Below are positions 1-7,660 of a stretch of DNA of 13,565 bases, one piece after another (the first letter of the stretch is position 1; each line of letters opens with the position of its first letter). This DNA is from Candidatus Bipolaricaulia bacterium (GTDB taxonomy: Bacteria > Bipolaricaulota > Bipolaricaulia > JBHIAT01). The stretch is from positions 1-13,565 of the forward strand of contig JBHIAT010000096.1 of assembly GCA_046758705.1 (NCBI GenBank), written 5' to 3'. The notes beneath the pieces are model-generated. The model saw only the letters and a list, made by a program, of their open reading frames with translations, did not search any database and was not told where the DNA came from. The position numbers were made by a program, and so were the translations under genes.

Positions 1-86
1 TCCATGGAAACGTTTTGGCAACTCTCCTCCCCAACTCGGGGGCTGAGTAGTTACCTTTATCTTTTACTTCCGATAGTAGTTCCCAA

Positions 87-1175
87 TTATAAAGGCAAGT
101 CTGTATAGCTGTCAAGAATCTCCGCTGGGCTGACCCAACGTCCCTCATCGACTGATCGATAGCCGGCCAGCGCCAAGGCGATGCTGTTGAGGTTGTCACG
201 GCCGCTGATCTCTGGTTCTGTGTCTTCATCGATGGCGCGCATCAGCTGGGCCATCGTGCCCACAAACGCATCCGGGAACCAACGCTCTGACCAGCGCGGC
301 CGGTGCCAGACGCCGGGCCGGTCTCGGAAGGTAAAGTCGAGCGTGCTGGGCGCGCCCTCCGGATGGTACATCCAGCCGACCGTCCCCCGGGCGATCCCGT
401 CGGGGCCTTCGATTCGGAAGCGGTTGTATTTGTCGTCGTCGGTCCATGAGAATGTGTCACTCCACAGCGCGCAGCGCAGATTGCCCTCGTATTCGAGGAT
501 CGCCAAGGAGATTGATTCACCCACGAACACCTGGTCTGGATAACGGGTCTGGCTGACCACGATGCGGGTCGGTTCGCCAAACCAGTAACGGAAGCAGTCC
601 ATATGGTGAATGTCTTCGTTCATCCACTGGCAGCGATAGCCCCGGGAGTAGGTCTGGGGGATATCCAAGACGCGCAACTCGATCGTCGCCACGATTACCT
701 CACCGAGCAGTCCATGGTTGAGCAGCGTCTTGACAGAGCGTACCGCTTGGTCGTAGCGCATGTTCTGGTTCACACCGAGCTTGACACCGGCACGCTCCGC
801 CGTCTCGACGATCTGGACCGCGTCTTCGTAGGTCCAGGCGAGCGGCTTTTGCGCCAGGATGTGTTTTTCATTGGCAGCAGCAGCCCGGACCACATCGAGC
901 TGGTGTTCGGGAGGAAAGGCGATGTCCACGATCTCGATCTCGGAGTCGGCGCACAGCTCCTCGTAGGTGTCGTAAACTTTGGGGATGTCAAACTGGGCGG
1001 CGAGTTTTTGGGCGTGGGCCGGGGTGTGCGAAGCGATGGCGACCACGTTGAAGCCGGCCTTTTGGTAGGCGATCAGATGGCATTCGCGTACGATGAATCC
1101 CGCGCCGACCACGCCGATGCGGTAGTCGGTGTTGTGGTCCAGGTGAGGCAGATAATCGAGGTCGATGTCAGTCAT
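87..1175 (-). CDS. Gfo/Idh/MocA family NAD(P)-dependent oxidoreductase
   Basis: 362-aa ORF with Rossmann motif RIGVVGAGFIV, AQKP (variant of the family EKP motif), NQNMRY and IHHMD. AAGGGGA RBS lies about 10 nt upstream of the ATG. Confidence 0.9.
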   Translation of the reverse strand: MTDIDLDYLPHLDHNTDYRIGVVGAGFIVRECHLIAYQKAGFNVVAIASHTPAHAQKLAAQFDIPKVYDTYEELCADSEIEIVDIAFPPEHQLDVVRAAAANEKHILAQKPLAWTYEDAVQIVETAERAGVKLGVNQNMRYDQAVRSVKTLLNHGLLGEVIVATIELRVLDIPQTYSRGYRCQWMNEDIHHMDCFRYWFGEPTRIVVSQTRYPDQVFVGESISLAILEYEGNLRCALWSDTFSWTDDDKYNRFRIEGPDGIARGTVGWMYHPEGAPSTLDFTFRDRPGVWHRPRWSERWFPDAFVGTMAQLMRAIDEDTEPEISGRDNLNSIALALAGYRSVDEGRWVSPAEILDSYTDLPL

Positions 1176-1227
1176 GATGGATGTGTCCCCTTTATAGAGG
1201 GATCAAATGAATCGTCCCCGGCTTGTC

Positions 1228-1258
1228 TTGACAAATGAGATCCCCAATGGGATATAGT
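1228..1258 (+). promoter_or_regulatory. Putative sigma70 promoter for the TIM-barrel/iolG-like operon
   Basis: TTGACA (1228-1233) and TATAGT (1253-1258) with an unusually long 19-bp spacer. Imperfect inverted repeat ATCCC-CAAT-GGGAT (1240-1253) sits between the two boxes. Confidence 0.55.
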
Positions 1259-1285
1259 GTATCACGACATAGACAATCGTTGCAA
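1256..1285 (-). promoter_or_regulatory. Putative sigma70 promoter for the leftward Gfo/Idh/MocA gene
   Basis: Minus strand reads TTGCAA (1285-1280), 18 bp, TACACT (1261-1256), preceded by TGn (extended -10). Confidence 0.4.
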
Positions 1286-1306
1286 TTACCAAGGAGGGAG
1301 AAGCCG

Positions 1307-2215
1307 ATGAAGCTGGCGTGCAACACCTTGTCTTACAACCGGTCTTTAAAACCAACCGCCACCGTGATCCCTGCCAGCCCACCAGGCGATCTCGACCTGT
1401 TCGATCTGATCGAGCGGTTCGCCAACGAGTTGAGGGTGGGGGGGATCGAGATCGACGGCCAACATATCGTCGATCGGTCGAGTCAAACCCTAAAACAGAT
1501 CAAGCGCACTTGCATTGACAACGGTCTGACCATCGCCAGTGTCACTGCCTATACCAATTTCGGATACCGGGATCCGACCCAAATCCGCAGCGAGATTGAC
1601 AAGGTCAAGGCCGGGGTCGACTTGGCCGTCAGGCTCGGCACCCCGATCCTGCGGATCTTCGCCGGTCGCCCTGAAGAGAGTCGGGAGGCCCAATGGGGGA
1701 GTATGATTGAAGGGCTAAGTCAGGCCGCCGAGGTCGCGGAGTCGGTCGGAGTGGTGCTGGGGATGGAAAATCATAACGACGACGGGTTCGCTGAATCGGC
1801 TGAAGCCGTGGAGCGGATCTTTTCCGAAGTCGGCTCACCATGGTTGCGATTGAACCTGGACACCGGCAACTATCTGGACGGCCTGCGCTCGATCGAGAAG
1901 ACGATTCCGTATACCGTTCACATTCATCTGAAATTCCTTCAGGTCGACGAGCAAGGGCGAGAGATGGGCATCGATTATGATGCCCCCCCGGGCGAATCGA
2001 TGAAGGTGATCGTCGTGGAGGTCGAGGAGCACGGCGAGGTGATGCGGTACAAGCAGTACATGACCAACCTGACTTGGGTCTTTGATGCGCTGAGGGAGCA
2101 GAGCTATCGCGGGTTTGTGTCGGTCGAGTACGAAGGGCAGGAGGAGGCCGGAGAGACCGCCGTACCCCGGGCGGTCGAGTACGTTCGGAGGTTGATCCAG
2201 GAGCGGTTCCGATGA
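1307..2215 (+). CDS. Sugar phosphate isomerase/epimerase family protein (xylose isomerase-like TIM barrel, IolE/MocC-like fold)
   Basis: Metal-ligand motifs GMENHN, NLDTGN, HIHLK and SVEYEG. Start moved from 1235 to ATG 1307 because AAGGAGGGAG RBS lies at 1291-1300 and the 1235 start falls inside the promoter. Confidence 0.85.
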   Translation: MKLACNTLSYNRSLKPTATVIPASPPGDLDLFDLIERFANELRVGGIEIDGQHIVDRSSQTLKQIKRTCIDNGLTIASVTAYTNFGYRDPTQIRSEIDKVKAGVDLAVRLGTPILRIFAGRPEESREAQWGSMIEGLSQAAEVAESVGVVLGMENHNDDGFAESAEAVERIFSEVGSPWLRLNLDTGNYLDGLRSIEKTIPYTVHIHLKFLQVDEQGREMGIDYDAPPGESMKVIVVEVEEHGEVMRYKQYMTNLTWVFDALREQSYRGFVSVEYEGQEEAGETAVPRAVEYVRRLIQERFR

Positions 2216-3240
2216 ATTCTCAAAGACAGCAACTCAACGTTGGGGTGATCGGGCTGGGAAGGATAGGAGGCATCCACGCCGAATCGCTGGCGAACCGCAT
2301 CCCTCGGGCCCGTCTGGCGGCTGTCGCCGACCTGCGGACCGACCTCGCTGAGCGAGTTGCGGCCCAGTATGGGGTAGAGCGTTGGTACAATGACTACCGC
2401 CCGTTGCTCGACGACCGGCGGATCGAGGCAGTGCTCATTACCACGCCAACGAGCACCCACAAGGAGATGATCGTCGCCGCCGCCCAGGCCGGCAAGCAGA
2501 TCTTCTGCGAGAAGCCGATCGCGCTCACGCTGGAGGAGACCGATGCTGCGCTGGACGCGGTCAAAAGAGCGGGGGTCAAGTTCCAGGTCGGGTTCATGAT
2601 GCGGTTCGATGCCGGCAATATCCGGGCGAAGGAGCAGATCGAGGCCGGGGTCATCGGAACACCGCTGACGTTCAAGACGATCACCCGCGATGCAGGATGC
2701 CCCGATCCCCAGTTCGCCAATCCCAAGCACAGCGGCGGGATCATCATCGACATGGGAATCCACGACTTCGATCGCGGCCGGTGGTTGATGAACAGCGAGG
2801 TCGAGCGCGTCTACGCCGAGGGAGGGTTGCTGGTCTGTCAGGATCTGGAGCCGGTCGGGGATATCGACAACGCGTCGGTGAACCTGCGGTTCGCGAACGG
2901 GGCGCTCGGCAACGTTGAGGTGAGCCGCACCGCGTTCTACGGATACGATCTGCGCGCCGAGGTGCTCGGCTCCAAAGGGGCATTGCTGATCGGAGAGGTG
3001 AAGAAAACCCCGGTCTGGATGCTGACGGAGGCGGGTGTGACCCACGATACCTTGCGGATGTTTGAAGGGTCAGGGACCCTTCGGGACGCTTACACGGAGG
3101 AGATCAAGCACTTCGTCGACTGCGTGTTGGAGGATCGAGAGCCGGCCGTCGGCGGACAGGACGGGCGCGTAGCGATGGAGGTCGCGCTGGCCGCCGCGCG
3201 GTCGTATCAGGAGGGAAGACCGATCGAGCTGAGTTCGTAG
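2212..3240 (+). CDS. iolG: Inositol 2-dehydrogenase-like Gfo/Idh/MocA oxidoreductase
   Basis: GVIGLGRIG, FCEKP, GFMMRFD and DMGIHDFD motifs typical of IolG-type enzymes. ATGA overlap with the upstream gene indicates translational coupling. Exact substrate not provable from sequence. Confidence 0.75.
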   Translation: MNSQRQQLNVGVIGLGRIGGIHAESLANRIPRARLAAVADLRTDLAERVAAQYGVERWYNDYRPLLDDRRIEAVLITTPTSTHKEMIVAAAQAGKQIFCEKPIALTLEETDAALDAVKRAGVKFQVGFMMRFDAGNIRAKEQIEAGVIGTPLTFKTITRDAGCPDPQFANPKHSGGIIIDMGIHDFDRGRWLMNSEVERVYAEGGLLVCQDLEPVGDIDNASVNLRFANGALGNVEVSRTAFYGYDLRAEVLGSKGALLIGEVKKTPVWMLTEAGVTHDTLRMFEGSGTLRDAYTEEIKHFVDCVLEDREPAVGGQDGRVAMEVALAAARSYQEGRPIELSS

Positions 3241-3296
3241 TCGCAGTGCTACCGGCGTGCGGTGAGCGATTCCCTGAGCCAGAAGGCGGGGTCGGT

Positions 3297-4130
3297 CTAG
3301 TCTACCGCCCCAAACGTCATCCCGCGTACCAGGTACTTCTGCGAGAAGAAGGCGAGCACAAGCACCGGGATCATGCCGACCACCGATAGGGCGGACATCA
3401 CCGAAAACAGGAAGCCGGATCCTGACCCGTGCATCCCGGAGACTATCACCGGCAGGGTGGTGGCCGCACGCCGGCTTAGGATGACCGCGAAGATGAGCTC
3501 GTTCCAGGAGAAGATAAACGTGAAGAACGCCGTCACCACCAGCCCGGGCGCGGTGAGCGGCAACACGATACGAAACAGCGCCCTCAATCGGGAAGCGCCG
3601 TCGATCATCGCCGACTCCTCCAGCTCCACCGGGACCTCCATGAAAAAGCCGCGCATCATCCACACGGCGAACGGCAACGTGATCACCAGATGGGCGATGG
3701 CAATCCCGTACCAGGTGTCGATGAATCCCAGGTTCTTGAATAGGATGAAGATGGGGATGATGCTGGCGACGGCGGGCATCATGCGGGTGGACAAAATCCA
3801 GAACGGAAGATGAAAACCGCCGAGTTTGAACCGGGCGAAGCTGTAAGCGGCCAGCGAGCCGGCCACGATCGAGACGGCGGTGGTGACGGTGGCGACCAGC
3901 AAACTGTTCTTGAGCGCTGTACCGCCCCGTGCCTGGAATCCCTCAATGTAACCGGAGAGTGTCGGACGGTCCGGGATAAAGGTCGGCGGGTAGGTGATCA
4001 CCTCGCTATTGGGCTTGAATGAGGACACCAACATCCAGAAGATCGGGAAGAAGAAGACAACGACGATCGCCACAAAGGTGAGGTGCTTGAGCCAGGTGAT
4101 TGGCTTCAATCGCTTCTGTCCTTTGGGCAT
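3297..4130 (-). CDS. Carbohydrate ABC transporter permease (MalG-like), copy 2
   Basis: Hydrophobic helices, EAA loop ELEESAMIDGAS, SWNE motif and C-terminal QKYLVRGMTFGAV. Confidence 0.92.
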   Translation of the reverse strand: MPKGQKRLKPITWLKHLTFVAIVVVFFFPIFWMLVSSFKPNSEVITYPPTFIPDRPTLSGYIEGFQARGGTALKNSLLVATVTTAVSIVAGSLAAYSFARFKLGGFHLPFWILSTRMMPAVASIIPIFILFKNLGFIDTWYGIAIAHLVITLPFAVWMMRGFFMEVPVELEESAMIDGASRLRALFRIVLPLTAPGLVVTAFFTFIFSWNELIFAVILSRRAATTLPVIVSGMHGSGSGFLFSVMSALSVVGMIPVLVLAFFSQKYLVRGMTFGAVD

Positions 4131-4182
4131 TGGATCCCCTCTTGAAGTGCAGTCAGCAATGCCCTGAGCCGGACCCGGAGGG

Positions 4183-5070
4183 TTATTCTATCGCACCGAG
4201 CGTCATGCCGCGTACCAGGTACTTCTGTGAGAAGAAGGCGAGCACGAGCACCGGAATCATGCCGAGCACCGCCAGAGCCGACATCACCGACCATAGAACG
4301 CCATGTGCCGCGTGCATCCCGGAGATCAGCACCGGCAGGGTGGTGGCCGCGCGCCGGCTTAGGATGAGCGCGAAGATGAACTCGTTCCAGGAGAAGATAA
4401 ACGTGAAGAACGCCGTCACCGCTAGCCCGGACGCAGTGATCGGCAACACGACTCGAAACAGTGCTTTCAATCGGGAAGCGCCGTCGATCATCGCCGACTC
4501 CTCCAGCTCCACCGGGACCTCCATGAAGAAGCCGCGCATCATCCACACGGCGAACGGCAATGTGATCACCAAATGGGTGATGGAGATCCCGTACCAGGTG
4601 TCGATGAATCCCAGGTTCTTGAACAGGATGAAGATCGGAATGATGCTGGCGACGGCGGGCATCATGCGAGTGGACAGGATCCAGAACGGCAGGTGGAAGC
4701 CGCCGAGTTTAAATCGGGCGAAGCTGTAAGCAGCCAGGGAGCCGGTCACGATCGAGACGATGGTGGCGGCCGTGGAGACGATCAAACTGTTCCTGAGCGC
4801 GATGGTGCCGCGTGCCTCAAGCGCCTCAATGTAACCGGAGATTGTTGGACGGCTGGTGACGAAGATCGGTGGGGAGTTGATCACCTCGTTATTAGGTTTG
4901 AACGAGGTCGACAACATCCAGAAGATCGGGAAGAAGAAGACAACGACAATTACCAGGAAGGTGAGATACTTGAGCAGGGTGATCGGCTTCAACCATTTCC
5001 GTTTCCTCCGACCTCGGGCTTGAACTTGGGTTTGGGTTTGGGCTTTGACTTTGACTTGAGTTTGGGCCAT
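4183..5070 (-). CDS. Carbohydrate ABC transporter permease (MalG-like), copy 1
   Basis: EAA loop ELEESAMIDGAS, SWNEF and QKYLVRGMTLGAI. About 82% identical to the adjacent permease by hand alignment. Confidence 0.92.
   Translation of the reverse strand: MAQTQVKVKAQTQTQVQARGRRKRKWLKPITLLKYLTFLVIVVVFFFPIFWMLSTSFKPNNEVINSPPIFVTSRPTISGYIEALEARGTIALRNSLIVSTAATIVSIVTGSLAAYSFARFKLGGFHLPFWILSTRMMPAVASIIPIFILFKNLGFIDTWYGISITHLVITLPFAVWMMRGFFMEVPVELEESAMIDGASRLKALFRVVLPITASGLAVTAFFTFIFSWNEFIFALILSRRAATTLPVLISGMHAAHGVLWSVMSALAVLGMIPVLVLAFFSQKYLVRGMTLGAIE
5020..5067. repeat. Degenerate hexamer tandem repeat (8 units) encoding the low-complexity N-terminus AQTQVKVKAQTQTQVQ
   Basis: ttgaac ttgggt ttgggt ttgggc tttgac tttgac ttgagt ttgggc read directly on the + strand. 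Confidence 0.6.
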
Positions 5071-5076
5071 CAGATC

Positions 5077-5967
5077 TCACTCCTCGCGGTGGAGCACCTT
5101 GGCGATGCTCATCGTGATGATCACGGTCACGACCAGCAGCAGAAAGGCCATCGCTGCGGCATAACCGACCCTGAAGTACTTGAAGCCGGCGAAGTAAGCG
5201 TAGAATGACGCCGTCTCTGTCGCAGTCCCAGGTCCACCTTGGGTCATGATGAAGATCTTATCGAACATGCGGAACGCATCCAAGGTCCGAATCAGAAGCA
5301 CAATGGCGATCAGTCGCTTCAGCATCGGCAGGATAATATGGATCAGCCGTTGCCATGCAGAGGCGCCGTCGACTGCCGCTGCTTCAAACAGCTCGTTGGG
5401 CAGGGAGACGAGCCCGGCCAACATCACCAGCACGACGAACGGTGTCCACTGCCAGACATCGGCGATGATGATTGACGGGAGGGCGGTGGTCACGTTTGCG
5501 GTCCACGCATAGGGACCCAGACCGATAAACCCCAACAGGTAATTGATCGGACCGGCCTCCACGTTATACAACAGCCGCCACATATAGCCGACGATGACCG
5601 GTGCGACCATCATCGGAATCAGGATGATGGGGATGAACCGCTTGAAGACCGGGTGCTCCATCACCTCTCCGAAGATGAGCAGTGCAATCCCCAGCCCGAG
5701 CAGGAATTCGAGCGAGATCGATCCGCCCAACAGGATGCCGGTCTGCTTGAGCGATGCCCAGAATCGCGGGTCCTTCAGCACCTCGGCGTAGTTCGCTCCG
5801 CCGACGAACGTCTGGAGGTGAGGTCGGGGCAGATAATAGTCGAAGAAACTGATCCGGACCGCATAGATCAACGGGAAGATCGTGATCGCCAGCAGGATAA
5901 GCACAGCAGGCAGGGCGGCCAGGAGGGCGAACCGCCGGCGGTTGAAGTATGCAAGTGCCTTATCCAT
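5077..5967 (-). CDS. Carbohydrate ABC transporter permease (MalF-like)
   Basis: FVGGANY, ADVWQWTPF, EAA loop ELFEAAAVDGAS and TQGGPGTATET. Start placed at ATG 5967 (MDKALAYF) because the longer ORF start at 6048 runs through an intergenic hairpin. The start is uncertain. Confidence 0.88.
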   Translation of the reverse strand: MDKALAYFNRRRFALLAALPAVLILLAITIFPLIYAVRISFFDYYLPRPHLQTFVGGANYAEVLKDPRFWASLKQTGILLGGSISLEFLLGLGIALLIFGEVMEHPVFKRFIPIILIPMMVAPVIVGYMWRLLYNVEAGPINYLLGFIGLGPYAWTANVTTALPSIIIADVWQWTPFVVLVMLAGLVSLPNELFEAAAVDGASAWQRLIHIILPMLKRLIAIVLLIRTLDAFRMFDKIFIMTQGGPGTATETASFYAYFAGFKYFRVGYAAAMAFLLLVVTVIITMSIAKVLHREE

Positions 5968-6003
5968 AACCTGAGATGAATCGAACTTGAACTTAAGGAT
6001 AGA

Positions 6004-6045
6004 AGAGAGAAGGCCGGGCCAAGTGACGGACCCCGCCTCCTCTCT
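6004..6045 (-). terminator. Intercistronic stem-loop after the binding-protein gene (mRNA stabiliser or partial terminator)
   Basis: On the mRNA, AGAGAGGAGGC pairs with GCCUUCUCUCU (11 bp, one G-U) with further internal GC pairing. It begins about 15 nt after the SBP stop codon. Confidence 0.6.
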
Positions 6046-6059
6046 CAACTTCGACTCGA

Positions 6060-7484
6060 CTACAAGCTAAACGCTTCCCGGTACTTCTGCGTCTGTCCCC
6101 GTCTGCCGAGGCGGTTGGTGATCCGGTCCCACTCCTGAGCGACCCGATCCAACGCCTGCTTCGGAGTCAGCCGTCCGGTGAGCGCCTCCTGGACGAACCG
6201 ATCCAGGGTGTCGTAGTAGTCGAACGACCCGGGGATGCGGAGTTCGGGGTACAGGGCGGCGATGTTGTCGTTGTAGGCCTGGAGGTAATCCGGAGTCACG
6301 ATCACATTGCTGACCCCCGACTCAAAGTGGGAGATCCGGTAGAAGTCCTGACCGGTCCCCGGATCGAGCACGAGCGACAGGCTCACCTCGGGCCCGAGCA
6401 TGTACCACATGACGGTGTAGGCCGCCTCCTTGTTCCGGCTGTCCGCGGACAGCCCCATGACCCAACCGCCACCGGTTGACGAGCGGCGGTAGACCTGGCC
6501 GTCGTGAAGCGCACCCGGAATTGTCCCGAAGCCCATGTCACCACCTATACTGCGAAGTTCGGCGACCCGCTTGCCCTCATCGGGCCAGTGGACCTGCATT
6601 GCCAGATTGCCCTTCATGAACGCGTTGAACAGCTCGTCCCATTCCCAGCCAAGCACGCCCGGCGGTGCCAGATCGATCGCCTGCTTGTAGTTCTCCAGCG
6701 CTTGCACGCCGCAGGGCTGATTGACCAGTGGCTGCATCGTATTCGGGTCGAACAGGTGGGGGTCCGCGAAGTTCTTGTAAGGGCCGCAGAAGCCGAAGTA
6801 ACGGATTAGGAACCAGTAGAACGACCGTCCTCGCTTTGCCTGATCGGCATAGCCCCAGAGGTCGATGTCGCCGTCGCCGTCAGTATCACGCGTGAAGAAT
6901 TCGGCAATGTCGAGCACCTGATCCCAGGTCTCCGGTGCCCCGAGCTCGTAACCGTAGCGCTGACGGAACGCGGCCTTCTCGCGCGGATCCTCGAACAGGT
7001 CTTTGCGGTAGTAGAGCAGGAAGACGTCCCCGTCCAGCGTGATCGAGTACCGCTTGCCAGCGAAGGTGTTCTCCCACACCTGGAAGCCCGGATGGATATC
7101 TTCCCAGCCCGGATCCAAGCGCTCTATGAAGGGATCCAACGGCGTGAGGAAATCGACGAAGTCGCCGTACCAGGCAGGGTTGAACATGAGCAGATCGAAG
7201 GCGCCCGTCCCGGTCGCCAGCTCGATGAGCTCCTTGTCGAACATGTCCGAGACGGTGATACCGACGACTTCGATCTCGATGTCGAACAGCTCTTTGATCC
7301 GTTCGGCGCGATCCCGCCACGGGATCTCGAAGTGGCCGGCGTGCAACGCGATGGTGACCTTCGTCCCATCGAATTGGGGCAGCTCTGCCCTCTGGGCATA
7401 AGACAGAGACGAGAGTCCCCCGACGAGCAACAGCGTCAGGACCATCGCTCCCACCATCATCCGTGCTGCACCTTTGTGCATCAC
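6060..7484 (-). CDS. Sugar ABC transporter extracellular solute-binding protein (CUT1 family)
   Basis: Sec signal peptide (hydrophobic core ending LSYA-Q, no lipobox Cys), LLYYRKDLF and APETWDQ motifs. First gene of the permease cluster. Start is GTG 7484 or ATG 7481. Confidence 0.9.
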   Translation of the reverse strand: MMHKGAARMMVGAMVLTLLLVGGLSSLSYAQRAELPQFDGTKVTIALHAGHFEIPWRDRAERIKELFDIEIEVVGITVSDMFDKELIELATGTGAFDLLMFNPAWYGDFVDFLTPLDPFIERLDPGWEDIHPGFQVWENTFAGKRYSITLDGDVFLLYYRKDLFEDPREKAAFRQRYGYELGAPETWDQVLDIAEFFTRDTDGDGDIDLWGYADQAKRGRSFYWFLIRYFGFCGPYKNFADPHLFDPNTMQPLVNQPCGVQALENYKQAIDLAPPGVLGWEWDELFNAFMKGNLAMQVHWPDEGKRVAELRSIGGDMGFGTIPGALHDGQVYRRSSTGGGWVMGLSADSRNKEAAYTVMWYMLGPEVSLSLVLDPGTGQDFYRISHFESGVSNVIVTPDYLQAYNDNIAALYPELRIPGSFDYYDTLDRFVQEALTGRLTPKQALDRVAQEWDRITNRLGRRGQTQKYREAFSL

Positions 7485-7519
7485 TGTGAATCACCCACCC
7501 TCTTCTGAGTTTTGAGCCC

Positions 7520-7548
7520 ATCATATCATGCTTAATTTCACGTGTCAA
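7520..7548 (-). promoter_or_regulatory. Sigma70 promoter of the ABC transporter operon
   Basis: Minus strand reads TTGACA (7548-7543), 17 bp, TATGAT (7525-7520), with TGn extended -10. Confidence 0.8.
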
Positions 7549-7574
7549 TAGTCACTTAATCTCCCTCAGAACGT

Positions 7575-7602
7575 TTGACCGGAGGCTGATTGCTGCTATA
7601 AT
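7575..7602 (+). promoter_or_regulatory. Sigma70 promoter of the small Virulence_fact-like gene
   Basis: TTGACC (7575-7580), 16 bp, TATAAT (7597-7602), with extended -10 TGcTATAAT. Confidence 0.75.
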
Positions 7603-7660
7603 GAGACCCACTGGATATCGGGTCGGATGAGACGGTTTGGTGAAGGAGGTGGAGGATCGG

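Noticed and set aside
1-30. Possible start of a further minus-strand gene (GGAGGAGAG then TTG CCA AAA CGT...) and a LacI-like dyad TGGAAACGTTTT at 5-16
   Set aside because: Only about 7 codons are visible at the window edge, so it cannot be supported.
47-81. Short direct repeat AGTAGTT x2 in the AT-rich stretch after the first gene
   Set aside because: Too short, with only two copies. Not a CRISPR array or a clear terminator.
1983-1989. C7 homopolymer as a phase-variation tract
   Set aside because: Short, in frame (Ala-Pro-Pro) and unremarkable in GC-rich DNA.
2104-3045. 313-aa minus-strand ORF
   Set aside because: Antisense to the well-supported IolG-like gene, with no family motifs.
3297-7484. 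Missing ABC ATPase as a sign of a defective transporter
   Set aside because: CUT1 sugar importers commonly share an ATPase (MsmX/MsiK-type) encoded elsewhere.
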